Shown here: piece after piece, positions 30,650 to 42,200 of the stretch
Layout: the number at the start of each line of letters is the position of its first letter
Numbering within the stretch: position 1 is the stretch's first letter
Virus record (IMG/VR): IMGVR_UViG_3300017917_001687
Location: 1 to 64,000 of that record
Source: a virus
DNA length: 64,000 nt
Reading direction: 5' to 3' (one strand)
Program-made: the position numbers and the translations under genes
The notes under the pieces: generated by a model
Told to the model about the DNA's origin: nothing
What the model saw: only the letters and a program-made list of their open reading frames with translations
Database searches by the model: none

Positions 30650-31138
30650 ATGGCAGATTTATTAATGAAAATGCCGGTTCCATACGAACCGAAAAGAGTT
30701 AACAGGTTTATACTAAGATTCCCTTCAAGTTTGGGTATAAATGAATGGTATGTAGCATCAGCAGCTAGACCAAGTGCAAAAATTAATGCGGTTGAAATTC
30801 CTTTCATCAACACTTCAACTTTCGTTGCAGGTAGATTTAATTGGAACGAAATTAGGGTTAAATTCAAAGATCCAATCGGACCTTCGGCCTCTCAAGCGTT
30901 GATGGAATGGTTCCGTTTACATGCGGAATCAGTTACAGGACGTATGGGTTATGCTGCTGGTTATAAGAAAGACATTGAATTGGAAATGTTAGACCCAACA
31001 GGTGTTGTGGTTGAAAAGTGGATTCTTCAAGGTACTTTCATTACCGATTTGAACTTTAATGAATTAGATTACAATAATGATGCGTTGGCGTCTATTGATT
31101 GTTCTCTTCGCATGGATCGTTGTATCCAAGTTTACTAA
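30650..31138 (+). CDS. Tail tube protein (gp19-like)
   Basis: EPKR.NRF, GR..W..I, YKKDI.L..LDP.G.VVEKW.L.G; follows sheath. Confidence 0.9.
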   Translation: MADLLMKMPVPYEPKRVNRFILRFPSSLGINEWYVASAARPSAKINAVEIPFINTSTFVAGRFNWNEIRVKFKDPIGPSASQALMEWFRLHAESVTGRMGYAAGYKKDIELEMLDPTGVVVEKWILQGTFITDLNFNELDYNNDALASIDCSLRMDRCIQVY

Positions 31139-31166
31139 TATTTACAAAAATACATCTGTCAACATA

Positions 31167-31200
31167 AAAGGTCTCTCAAAAGGAGACCTTTACTTTTTTA
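31167..31200 (+). terminator. Intrinsic terminator after tube gene
   Basis: aaaggtctc-tcaaaag-gagaccttt followed by a T-rich tail. Confidence 0.7.
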
Positions 31201-31245
31201 TATAAGTTTTGTAAATTGATATAGTTATATAAAAAAATAATCAAT

Positions 31246-31995
31246 ATGGAAGAATATAGAATAGATCCAACAATTTCTTATGATGTGGTTGAATTACCAA
31301 GTAGAGGTATACACTACCCAAATAACAAAAAATCAGTAAAAGTTTCTTACTTGACAGCATCCGATGAAAACATACTTTCATCTCAAAATTTAATTGCAAC
31401 AAATGGTGTAATGGAAGAGTTGTTGAAAAGAAAAGTCTTGGATAAAGATATTGATACAAATGATTTGGCGGAAGAAGATAAACAAGCAATTCTTTTATTT
31501 TTAAGAAACACCGCATTTGGTCCCGAATATAAATTTTATTTAACCGACCCAAAAACCGAAAAAGAATTTACATCCTCGGTTGATTTAAGTGAAGTTAAAT
31601 TCAAAGATTTCACACTTGTTCCTGATGCGAATGGTGAATTTAATTACCACATGAGTAAATGTAATGTTGATATTACGTTTAAATTCTTAACACCAAAACA
31701 AAAAGAAGATATCAAAAAAATTGAAGAAAGTTGGAATGGTCTTGGTGTTGCACCAATTATTACCAAACAACTTGAAATGATGATTAAATCAGTTGCAGGT
31801 AATAAAGATATGATGAACATACACAATTTTGTTGAGAAATTACCAATAAAGGACTCACAAGATTTTAAAAAATATGTTAAAGATAATACACCAGGTTTAG
31901 ACCTTAAAAGAACAGTTAAGACCCCGTCAGGAGATGACATCCAAGTTGAAGTTGGATTCGGGGTAGAGTTTTTTCGCCCTTTCTACGGATTATAA
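31246..31995 (+). CDS. Tail assembly chaperone / T4 gp26-like protein
   Basis: VELPSRG..Y, LTA.DENIL, C-terminal EFFRP; lies between tube and tape measure. Confidence 0.75.
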   Translation: MEEYRIDPTISYDVVELPSRGIHYPNNKKSVKVSYLTASDENILSSQNLIATNGVMEELLKRKVLDKDIDTNDLAEEDKQAILLFLRNTAFGPEYKFYLTDPKTEKEFTSSVDLSEVKFKDFTLVPDANGEFNYHMSKCNVDITFKFLTPKQKEDIKKIEESWNGLGVAPIITKQLEMMIKSVAGNKDMMNIHNFVEKLPIKDSQDFKKYVKDNTPGLDLKRTVKTPSGDDIQVEVGFGVEFFRPFYGL

Positions 31996-32128
31996 AAAAG
32001 GTCAATTAGACGAAATACTTTTTTTGGTTAAAAGAGGATTCTCTTATGGAGACATTCTTTCAATGCCCGTCTTTATTAGAAGGTATTATGTTGAGTACAT
32101 TTTGGAATTGGAAAATGATCCAAGTTAA
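31967..32128 (+). CDS. Frameshift extension of tail chaperone (gp51/GT-like), +1 frame
   Basis: Manual translation FALSTDYKKGQLDEILFLVKRGFSYGDILSMPVFIRRYYVEYILELENDPS; overlaps the chaperone at TTT_TTT_CGC and has no suitable own start. Confidence 0.7.
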   Translation, partial: SFFALSTDYKKGQLDEILFLVKRGFSYGDILSMPVFIRRYYVEYILELENDPS

Positions 32129-32139
32129 TATTTATTAGT

Positions 32140-34023
32140 ATGCCAGACATTAGTAAAATAAAAAAAGGTCTAAGTGAAGACGCATTTAAAAACGAATACG
32201 ACAAACTATTAATACAAGAAAAAGGTACTTTTAACTTAAAAAGTTTTCAAAACTCTTGGAATATTTATAGAACGCCGTTAGATCGTACAAGCATACCAAC
32301 AATTAGTAGTGTTACAAGTAGTTTATCGTCTGGTTTTGAAAAGGCGATAGGTGCTGGAGAAAGTTCAGGATATTTTCCGGATGAGAGTAAGCTATCGGAA
32401 AAAGTGGGTGAATTCGTAAAAAATATAGGATTAATAACCCAACCATTAGAACTAGGTAAAAAACTATTAGGTGATGTGGTTGATGAAACTTTATTTTTTT
32501 ATAAACAACAATCAGAATTAGTTAGATCTATTAATAGAGAGGCTGGTTTAACTGGTGATTTTGCAGCCGCTGTTAGAGAAGAATTGACAATGGCAAATCC
32601 AGAATTATTAAGATTTGGTATTTCATTTCAAGAATTATCTAACTCAGCTAAAAGTGTTGTTGATAATAGTGGTAGGTTTTTAGCTCTTAATAGAAGTACA
32701 TGGAAAGAAACGGGTGTGGCGGCTTCCGCATACGTTGGTACTCTTAGTGAGTTGACCGCAATGTTTCCACAATTTGAAAAAATTGGTATTGGTGCAGGTG
32801 ATGTTTCAAAACAAATTGAAATGGTTGGTAAGAGATCAATAGAATTGGGTTTACAATCACAAAAAACAACAAAAGATTTAAGTATGAATTTAAGTAAGTT
32901 AAACGAATATGGTTTTAAAAATGGAACACAAGGTTTGGCTGAAATGGTTAGGAAATCAACAGAATTAAGATATAACATGGGTGAAGTATTTAAAATTGCT
33001 GAAAAAGTGTTTGAACCAGAAGGTGCTATTGATTTGGCCGCAAATTTACAAGCAATTGGTGGAGCAATTGGTGACTTTAATGACCCATTAAAACTTATGT
33101 ATATGGCGACTAATAATGTTGAGGGATTGGGTACCGCTCTTGAGGGTGTTGCTGGTTCATTGGCGACATATAACGAAGAACAAGGTAGATTTGAGATAAC
33201 AGGTGTTAATTTAAGAAAAGCAAGAGCATTAGCAAAAGAATTGGGTATAGAATATGGTGAACTTGCAAATATGGCAACAGCATCTGCCGAAAGAGCGTCA
33301 GCTGCTGCTGATTTAATGGCGACTGGTTTATCGTTAGATGAAGATCAAAAAAGATTTATCACCAACATAGCAACCATGAAAGATGGTAAAATGCAAATAG
33401 AATTACAAAGTGATAAATTAAAAGGTATTTTTCAGACAGATAGAATCGCTCTAGAGGATTTAAGTAAAACACAAGTTGATGAATTAATTAGTTTCCAAAA
33501 CGAATTTAAAAAATTATCCAAGGAGGAAATTGTACAAAAACAAGCCACGGATATTGAAAACATTGGTAGAAATATTCAATTTTTGACTGCGGTGGCTAGA
33601 GAAAGGTTAGTTAGGGAAAGTAAAGATATCTTAGGAACAATAGTAAAAAAACTTGGTTACGATCCTGAAACTGTCTATAAAGACATTAATGAAAAACTTA
33701 ATAAAGGTATTGTTGATTTAGGAAACACAATAAAATCAAAACCCGACTTAAATAAAGAAAACAATCGTTCAAAATCTGAGATACAACCAACAACCAAATT
33801 GACTGAAGATAAAATGAAATCTGGTTATGATCGTTTAAAGGAAACATATGATGAAATACGTACATCAATAAACAATAAAGAGACACAACCAAAAAAACTT
33901 GATATAAGCTTGAATTACAATTCACCGAATATGTTAGATAATCTTAGTAGAGGGTTATTTAGAAGTCCTGAATTTGTTGACACCATTAAAAATGGGATAA
34001 TTGATGATAAATCATATGTTTAA
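32140..34023 (+). CDS. Tape measure protein
   Basis: Ala/Leu/Glu-rich helical protein following tube and chaperone. Confidence 0.7.
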   Translation: MPDISKIKKGLSEDAFKNEYDKLLIQEKGTFNLKSFQNSWNIYRTPLDRTSIPTISSVTSSLSSGFEKAIGAGESSGYFPDESKLSEKVGEFVKNIGLITQPLELGKKLLGDVVDETLFFYKQQSELVRSINREAGLTGDFAAAVREELTMANPELLRFGISFQELSNSAKSVVDNSGRFLALNRSTWKETGVAASAYVGTLSELTAMFPQFEKIGIGAGDVSKQIEMVGKRSIELGLQSQKTTKDLSMNLSKLNEYGFKNGTQGLAEMVRKSTELRYNMGEVFKIAEKVFEPEGAIDLAANLQAIGGAIGDFNDPLKLMYMATNNVEGLGTALEGVAGSLATYNEEQGRFEITGVNLRKARALAKELGIEYGELANMATASAERASAAADLMATGLSLDEDQKRFITNIATMKDGKMQIELQSDKLKGIFQTDRIALEDLSKTQVDELISFQNEFKKLSKEEIVQKQATDIENIGRNIQFLTAVARERLVRESKDILGTIVKKLGYDPETVYKDINEKLNKGIVDLGNTIKSKPDLNKENNRSKSEIQPTTKLTEDKMKSGYDRLKETYDEIRTSINNKETQPKKLDISLNYNSPNMLDNLSRGLFRSPEFVDTIKNGIIDDKSYV

Positions 34024-34061
34024 AATTAGGTATTATACCTATTTATTATAAAAGAATTAAG

Positions 34062-37000
34062 ATGCCAACATATTTAGATTTTGATACAACGAAAACCTTT
34101 AGGAATTCTTTAATTGCAAGAACATTACAAAGACCGAATGGTCCACAAACATTCACTGCAACAAATTATATAGTTCAAAATTTGAATGATTTATCAAACG
34201 TGGATCCTGGAGATGTTGATGACGACAGACCTCAACAACTTCAAAAAACCTCTTCAATAAACACATTTAAACCAAATTTCTACAATATAGTAGAAAACTT
34301 GAGAGTATTACCAAGAAGAGCTAATTTGGGATTATATCCATATTTTACTTCGGGAAATTACAATCTTGTTGGTATAATGTCAAGAAGTGATTACGAAAAC
34401 GAATCTGAGTTATTTAAGTTTGCGGCTTCAAATATACGTAACAATGAACAAGGACCAGTATTTGGTAGATTAAGTCAAAATCTATACACTGCAACAGCGG
34501 GAAGGGCGAGGTTTTTAGAAATATTTGATAATACGGGTAATCAATTATCAACATTAACAAATATAATAACAGGTAGAGAACCATTAGTTGAAAAAAACTA
34601 TAAAATCACCGTTGCAAGTACGTTACTTGGAAAAGGTGTTGATTTTTTACAAACTGTTGCGGGTGTAGAATCACCTTTTAGTGAAATACCCGGTGATTAT
34701 TTAACAAACCCAAGAAACCCTATTAACAACAGACCACCGGCAACAACCGAAGCAGGTGCTGTTTTACAGGATGTTACTGGTGTGTTGGGTTCACTTATTG
34801 GAATACAAAGAAGACCAAAACCAACAAGAAAACCTTCCGATTTATTCATTGAATATATGGGTCAGGGTCAAAGACAAGTGTTGTACGATAACCTTTCATA
34901 TTCAAGATATGCCCCTAATTACACAACAACGGCAAGGTCACAAAATTCATCTAAAATTTTTAATTTTATAGATAAAGCCGCTCAAGGTGTAAAAAACTTT
35001 TTAGGATTAGAAGCACCTGAAGGTACTGCATATATTGGTGATGATAGGGCTGAAGATGTTAAATACACAATGTCCGATTTTAATGATAATACAGTAAAAA
35101 GTAGTTATTATCTTAGTTTATTGTTTGACCCTGTTCAAGCAAATCTATTTGAAAGACAAAGAAACGTAAGTCAAGGCGGACCAATATCGGGTAAGTTAAC
35201 GTGGTTAAGTAAAAACTCAAGAAACAAAATAGGTTTACATAACGAAGAGTTTCAACAATTTGAAAGTAATCAATTTAATGATTCTAAATCAACAGATAAA
35301 ACGTTTAGAGGAGGGTCTATTCTATCAAAAACACAAGAATTACTTGATTCAATGCCTAAAGATGGTATTGGTTCAAGAACACATGTGGGTAATGCGATAG
35401 ATCAAACAAGTAGAATCTTCAAAGAAGGGGATTCAATGTTATCAAGAGGTTCTGCAATAAAATATGTTGATCAATTTAACCAAGAGACTGGTGCGGAGTT
35501 TTGTAGGGTTTGGACAAAAGACAGATCCTACTTCAACTATTCTGACACTATGAAAAGAACTGCCAATATAAGAAATTTTGATGGTAGTGTTTTAGGTGGT
35601 GATAGTAGACCATGGAATATTAACTACGCACCAATGTCAAGCGGTGTGTATGATCCAACAGGAAAAAATTCGTTTGGTGCAAAAAATTCAACAAACATAT
35701 TACAAGGTCCCGACCAAGCAACAACATATGGTGGTAATGAGTTTTATGCTAAGAAATACATGTTTTCAATTGAAAACTTAGCGTGGAGAACATCAACATC
35801 ACCCGGATTCACGTATTTTGATTTACCATATTGTGAAAGAGGTTCAAATGGTGGTAGAGTAATGTGGTTTCCACCATACGATTTAAAAATTAGTGAAAAC
35901 AATAGTGCTAGATGGACAGATAATACCTTTTTGGGTAGACCTGAACCAATCTACACATATCAAGACACATCAAGAAGTGGACAATTATCGTTTAAAGTTG
36001 TTGTCGATCACCCAAGTATTTTGAATTTATTAGTTAGAGAGGTTTTTAAAGGTATGTCAGACGATGAGGCTGATAACTATATTAATGCTTTCTTTGCTGG
36101 ATGTGAAGAAGTTGATTTTTATGATTTAATAACAAGATATTCTACGTTATCTGCTAGTGACGTTCAATTGGTTCAATCCTATTTGAATAGTGGAAAAGAC
36201 CCACAACAGATTAAAAAGTATAAAGCAACGACAGAGGACGTTACACTACCAAATCCAAATCAAGATCAATCAAATAATACACCCGACAAGGTAAGTATTA
36301 AAAAAGTATCATTAAAGTATGATAATGATTTACCTGGACCAAACCTAACTATTCTTACATCACCTATTAAATACACTGATCTATACACAGCATATTCTGG
36401 ACAACAATCAACACATGTTGTTGGATTAAAAGATGGTTTGATTTTACTTTCAGGTGCAACAAAAACAGAACAAAGGAAAGAAGAGATTTCACATATTTTT
36501 AATAACCCTAATGCCGTAATTGATAACACATCAATAACTGAACAACAAACTAAATTAACTGATTACTTTTATAGTGCAAACACCTCATATAACACATATT
36601 ATAGTGGTGTAACAACATTAAAACAAAATTTAGAGAATAAAACGGCACAGAATATTACTATAAAAATAGAATCATCAGCTTCTTCGGTTGCAAAAACAGA
36701 TTATAATGAAAAATTGGCATTAAGAAGAAGTCATAGTGTTATACAAGATGTTTTTAATTTATTGGCTAAGAGTGGTACAAAACCACCAACACCAAAATGG
36801 ATTTCAAGTATTAGTGAGTCTGAAACTAAAGGTAGTGGAAATGATTTAGTTATTGTTGAAAAGGGTAAACCAATACAAATTACCAAAGAATACTCATTTA
36901 AAGATTTTGGTTATGATTATGATGGTAAACTGGTTGTGACATCAACAAATTATGGTGAGGTCTTCACTGGACCACAACCAGATTCTCAATGTATTAATAA

Positions 37001-38891
37001 AGAGTTCGAGAATTATGAAAACACCCCAAATCCTTTAAAAATATATGCTCCAATAGCTTTCTTTTGTAGACAATCAACATTTGAAATGGATTATGATGTT
37101 GCACCACAACCACAACCAACACCTTTACCACAACCAACAATTACTGAAATAAATTCACAAACAAGTCCAACAAAAAAACCACCTATAGATGCGTTAAAAC
37201 GTATTATTATGAAAACGTTGTCGGAGTGTTTTTATTTTAAAAAGTTAGAAGAAAGCGATCCTGTACAATTTAAATCATTGAGAGATAAATTAAAATATTT
37301 TCACCCAGGGTTCCACTCAACAACACCTGAGGGATTAAATGCTCGTTTAACATTCTTATTACAATGTATTAGACCTGGTGATACAATACCTATTAAGGGT
37401 ATTGCCGATGATACGGATGTAAATGCAAGAAATACATCATTTGGTCCACCACCAATTTGTGTATTAAGAATTGGTGATTTTTATCACTCTAAAGTTGTTA
37501 TTAGAGATGTTAATATAAGTTATGACGAGAATGTTTGGGATTTAAATCCTGAAGGTATCGGTGTACAACCTATGATTGCAACTGTTCAAATGTCATTAAA
37601 TTTTATTGGTGGTCAAGGATTGGAAAAACCAATTGAAAGACTACAAAATGCATTATCATCCAATTTCTTTGGAAATACTGAAATGTATGACGACAGATCA
37701 ATACCAACAAATACAACATTTAATGGTATTCCTGCGGAGAAGTTTACCCAAGATACATTAAATTCTATTCTGGCTAATAAAGGATTGACGGCAAATCCAA
37801 AAGAAGATAATAATAAAAACACTAACAATAAAAATAAAAGTAGTTATATTGGTGAACAATCTGGTGATACTTTAAATTACACCAAACTTGTTGATGATGT
37901 GTACAAAAAGACTGATGAGTATTTTAAACAATTCCAAAGTACATATAATACTCTTTATACTAAATTTGGTAAAGACATAACAACATTACAATTATCTGAA
38001 ACGTATAGACCAATAAAAGAATATGGAGTATTTACCATACTCTCACCGACACCGGGTAGAACTATATCGTTATTTGGTGTGCCAAATCAAGGTAGTGAAA
38101 TACAAACTTTGAATGAAAGATTAAAAACCTCAATAGATTTATATGTTTCTGACAACACAGATAATATTCATTTGACAAAAATATTTGGGTTTGATAAGGT
38201 GTTGGATGGTTCTAAACAAGTTAATGCGAACTTATTTTTACAAAAATTCTTTACAAAATTCACACAAGATAAATTCATTGAGTTGTCTAATACTACAGCA
38301 GTAAAAGAACTTGAGACAAAAAGAAATGAATTAATATTGGCAATCGATAAAGTTAATTTTGTTGTTAAATATTTTAAAGACTCATCCTTAACTAGTAGTG
38401 GTGAAAATGTAAATTCAAGTATTTTAAGTGGATTTACCTCTGACTTTTTGTACAAAGAATATGAAACCGCCATTGATTATGTGGAAAAAAACACATCAAG
38501 AATGTATGAAGATTTGGGTAGTAACATTAATTTTAAATCACCAATAATAGATGCGATATCTTTTGAATCTATTATGAGTGAGCTACTTTATAGTGATGTA
38601 TCTAAATTTGAATCTAGTTTAAAAGTTGAAGACACTAAAATATTTCCTTCGGATGTTGTAAACAGAATGATGAAAAAAGTTAACAACTTTATTTTAGAAC
38701 CAAAAAATAAAACATTTAAACTTACTAAATTTAAAAACAGATCAAAAAGTAACCCAATAATTTTTGGGTATTCATCAAGAATTAATGAAACCGATAATAA
38801 TGTTATTATCGATGCAAATCTTTTACATACGGTTAAATCAAATACTGGATTCCCAATTAATAATAAACTTAATTTTTATAGGCCAAAATAA
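34062..38891 (+). CDS. Large baseplate/tail-tube initiator-like protein with OmpA-like segment
   Basis: FPPYDL...W....FLGRPEPIYTY and PPICVLRIGDF (gp48/gp54-like tube-cap patterns); YNEKLALRRSHSV resembles the OmpA peptidoglycan-binding motif. Confidence 0.55.
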   Translation: MPTYLDFDTTKTFRNSLIARTLQRPNGPQTFTATNYIVQNLNDLSNVDPGDVDDDRPQQLQKTSSINTFKPNFYNIVENLRVLPRRANLGLYPYFTSGNYNLVGIMSRSDYENESELFKFAASNIRNNEQGPVFGRLSQNLYTATAGRARFLEIFDNTGNQLSTLTNIITGREPLVEKNYKITVASTLLGKGVDFLQTVAGVESPFSEIPGDYLTNPRNPINNRPPATTEAGAVLQDVTGVLGSLIGIQRRPKPTRKPSDLFIEYMGQGQRQVLYDNLSYSRYAPNYTTTARSQNSSKIFNFIDKAAQGVKNFLGLEAPEGTAYIGDDRAEDVKYTMSDFNDNTVKSSYYLSLLFDPVQANLFERQRNVSQGGPISGKLTWLSKNSRNKIGLHNEEFQQFESNQFNDSKSTDKTFRGGSILSKTQELLDSMPKDGIGSRTHVGNAIDQTSRIFKEGDSMLSRGSAIKYVDQFNQETGAEFCRVWTKDRSYFNYSDTMKRTANIRNFDGSVLGGDSRPWNINYAPMSSGVYDPTGKNSFGAKNSTNILQGPDQATTYGGNEFYAKKYMFSIENLAWRTSTSPGFTYFDLPYCERGSNGGRVMWFPPYDLKISENNSARWTDNTFLGRPEPIYTYQDTSRSGQLSFKVVVDHPSILNLLVREVFKGMSDDEADNYINAFFAGCEEVDFYDLITRYSTLSASDVQLVQSYLNSGKDPQQIKKYKATTEDVTLPNPNQDQSNNTPDKVSIKKVSLKYDNDLPGPNLTILTSPIKYTDLYTAYSGQQSTHVVGLKDGLILLSGATKTEQRKEEISHIFNNPNAVIDNTSITEQQTKLTDYFYSANTSYNTYYSGVTTLKQNLENKTAQNITIKIESSASSVAKTDYNEKLALRRSHSVIQDVFNLLAKSGTKPPTPKWISSISESETKGSGNDLVIVEKGKPIQITKEYSFKDFGYDYDGKLVVTSTNYGEVFTGPQPDSQCINKEFENYENTPNPLKIYAPIAFFCRQSTFEMDYDVAPQPQPTPLPQPTITEINSQTSPTKKPPIDALKRIIMKTLSECFYFKKLEESDPVQFKSLRDKLKYFHPGFHSTTPEGLNARLTFLLQCIRPGDTIPIKGIADDTDVNARNTSFGPPPICVLRIGDFYHSKVVIRDVNISYDENVWDLNPEGIGVQPMIATVQMSLNFIGGQGLEKPIERLQNALSSNFFGNTEMYDDRSIPTNTTFNGIPAEKFTQDTLNSILANKGLTANPKEDNNKNTNNKNKSSYIGEQSGDTLNYTKLVDDVYKKTDEYFKQFQSTYNTLYTKFGKDITTLQLSETYRPIKEYGVFTILSPTPGRTISLFGVPNQGSEIQTLNERLKTSIDLYVSDNTDNIHLTKIFGFDKVLDGSKQVNANLFLQKFFTKFTQDKFIELSNTTAVKELETKRNELILAIDKVNFVVKYFKDSSLTSSGENVNSSILSGFTSDFLYKEYETAIDYVEKNTSRMYEDLGSNINFKSPIIDAISFESIMSELLYSDVSKFESSLKVEDTKIFPSDVVNRMMKKVNNFILEPKNKTFKLTKFKNRSKSNPIIFGYSSRINETDNNVIIDANLLHTVKSNTGFPINNKLNFYRPK

Positions 38892-39217
38892 TGAGTAGAC
38901 AATATTTTAATAGATACGAGTTTTTTATTGATGATGATAGTTTTAGTATCGTTCCGGGTATTGAAATACCAATCAAAACAACAGATAAATACCAGTTTTT
39001 TAAAAGGGGTAAAGACAGGTTGGATAAAATGTCACAACAATATTATGGAACACCTGTTTTTGGTTGGTTAATATTGCAAGCGAATCCACAAGCGGGTAGT
39101 TTAGAATTTGAAATACCTGATAATTATGTTTTAAGGATTCCATTTCCATTAATCGTGTCTTTACAAGATTACAAAAGAAATGTAGAATTGTATAAGTTAT
39201 ATTATGGAGAACAATAA
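38891..39217 (+). CDS. LysM/tail-X (gp53-like) baseplate protein
   Basis: DRLDKMSQQYYG....WLILQANP...LRIP. Confidence 0.75.
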   Translation: MSRQYFNRYEFFIDDDSFSIVPGIEIPIKTTDKYQFFKRGKDRLDKMSQQYYGTPVFGWLILQANPQAGSLEFEIPDNYVLRIPFPLIVSLQDYKRNVELYKLYYGEQ

Positions 39218-42200
39218 GGATTTAACAAATAGTGAAAATATACTTGTCAAAGTTGACCAAAATAACTTAATTTTTATTGACCCAAATAGTGTAATTGATC
39301 CAGATGGACAAATACAACCAAGAGGTGTCAAACAAGAAAATTTGGTTATGTATGTCAATTTAGAGGCGGATCTTGTACCTAGAACAACCCTAATTTCAGA
39401 TAATGACAGGGGAAACACCCTAACACAAATAGCCAAGGGAAACCTCAACTTTTTAAAAAACCAAACTGGTGATGGTAATTTTGACACTAGTTGGACCGAT
39501 TCGTTTATTCCAAAACCAAAAGAATCTGAAAATTCGGATACCCTAAATGGAAAAGACCTGTCTTTTAGTCAAGGTCAATTTACCGACCCGTCAGCACAAA
39601 CTTTCGGAATAGAGTCAATTAGTATTGTCGTTAAGGGTGCTAACTTTGTTCCTCAAGTTAATATTAATTTCGTTGACGTTAGGGGTAAAACATTGTTTGA
39701 ATCGGGTAATAATTCACCATATAACGCATTTTTTCATATTCCGTGGCCAATATTTTATTTAACAGTAAAAGGTTACTATGGTAAAGCAATAAGGTATAGA
39801 TTACATTTGGTTAAGTTTAGTTCTAAATTTAACGATTCAAATGGTAATTTTGAAATCTCAACATCATTTGTTGGATCAACATATGCGTATTTGAATGACA
39901 TTCCATTGTCCGCTGTTATTAATGCACCCTACATGTATGTAAACGAGGTAAACGAAGATAAAGAATTTGATGAAAAAAGGGGTCTTTATGTTAAAAAAGC
40001 AACACAAAGTTCAAAGGGTTATTCAATATTAAAATCTGTTTATCAACAATATAAACAAAAAGGATTAATACCAAACGATTTCCCCGTTAAAACTCTAATG
40101 GATTTGGGATACATTGCACAAACATTAGATAAAATTTTGGAACAACAGGTTTTTAGTTCTGTTGACATGGGGGTTTTTAAAGGTGTAAAAGATCTTGATA
40201 CTGCACTGAATGGGTTTGAAAATGAAACAAAAGCGTGGGCTAAGAAAAATTTGTCAAACACCGAATATGCTGTTGTGAACAAAAACGGATCAACAACAAA
40301 TGAAATAGAACCCGATGAATTAAATAAATGGTATTTTTTAAATGGTTCGAGTGACAAAAGAACAAGTTTTGACAAAATAACTGGCACAACAAAAACAGGT
40401 ACTCTTGAATTTTTACTTGAAAATAATAAAACTAAAATAAATAATGCTGTTAACTTTTTAAAAGAGTATAAAAAAACATCAGATGCCAATTTTACAAAAT
40501 TATCGGTATCTACAATAAAAGATATAAATGAGTATGTAACGAATAAAACGACAGGTAAATTTGTTGCAGTTGGTATAAATCAACTATTTGCTGACATTTT
40601 TGAGATTAGAAAATCTTTTGAAGAACAAAATCGAAAATTAGAAGATGCTGTTGAAAAAAGAATGAACGAAATCATTAGAAGTCCAAATGCTTTAGGGTTT
40701 GAACCAACAATTAGAAATATTTTTGCCGTTTTATTGGCAAATGCCGAAGTTTATATTAGATTAATGAAAGATGTTCATAACAGGGCATTTGAAAAATCAA
40801 AAGAAAGGGTTAAACTAATTGGTAACTTATCAAAAGAAAGTAAGGGGGAATCAATATACCCATGGCCTGAGGTTAAAAAACCAGTTTCTGCTGGAAAACA
40901 AAATGTCATTGCGTATCCAGGAGAACCTGAATTATTAAGTAAGTTAAAATCAACCAATAAAAATTTATGGCCAGAGGTTGATTTTGTTGAAACGTATGTT
41001 GACACTGTTACAAACAAAATTGAAACAAACGTAAAAGACGAACCAACAAGAAATGAAGTTACATATGTTTTTGAAACTAATGGTGATTTCAATGCCGTTG
41101 AAGATTTATCAACGATGGATTTATTAACAAATTCATTACCATATATTGATAAGTCATATGCTGGATTTGTTTATGAAATATACGAAAGAGCGAAGTACGT
41201 AACTTTGTTTGATTCTTTTAGTAATGACTTTTTAATTGCTTTAGCTAATGAAGAATTCAAAAACATTGAACAAATTATAAAAGAAGATATTGATTTAGTG
41301 GATTTTGTTAAAAATATAACAAGTGTAAATTCATTAATCAATACAACATATACAAGTACGGAATTAGATAATGGAAAGGTTACCTCAAATGTGACTTATG
41401 GTGGTTATTTGTATAGTTTATCACCATACGAAAGATTTAGTTACTTTAAAGATAATTTACCAACTGTTGATTACATAAGATCAATAATTGATGAACCATT
41501 CAAATTTGAACCATATCAATTCACTAATTTAGACAAGTTAACCAAAAAGGGAGATTTGGGTGATAGTGAAGAAAAGTTTAACAATGAGTTACTAAAATAC
41601 GAACCAGAAAACTATAGAATGAAAATTTACCCATTTAGTTCAAATACGTATTTGAATTATATTGGTAAAGAAAGTTTTACAAGAGATAACTTTAAATTTA
41701 ATGGTATCTTTAAAATAAATACCTCAGAGGGATTTATCACGACACCAGTTAAAACAACTTCTTGGGTAAAAAATGGTTACACAGACAATATGTTCACACA
41801 AAACATGACTATTGGTAAAAGTAGTGTAAATGTTTTAAATACACCCTTTTTCCATAATCAATTGTTTAGTGATTTCACAAAAACATCAACATACGGAAAA
41901 TACACTGGTTCTGCTTACCTTTTATTAAATTCATTACCATTTATTGATTTAGATGAAACTATAACATTTGATGATAAATCAATTTTAACATCGTCTATAT
42001 TCAGAGAAATATCAGGAACACATTTTGTACCTTACCATTTAATTTTAAAGTGGGGTTCAATATATCATAGGTATAAAAGATATATCACCGAGGGTGTTGA
42101 TATTTTAAATGGTTGTTTAAACACTAATGATATTACACAACCAATAACAGGTTCTACATTTTTTGATAATGATAGTGGATTGACATTTACGGTTTTAACT

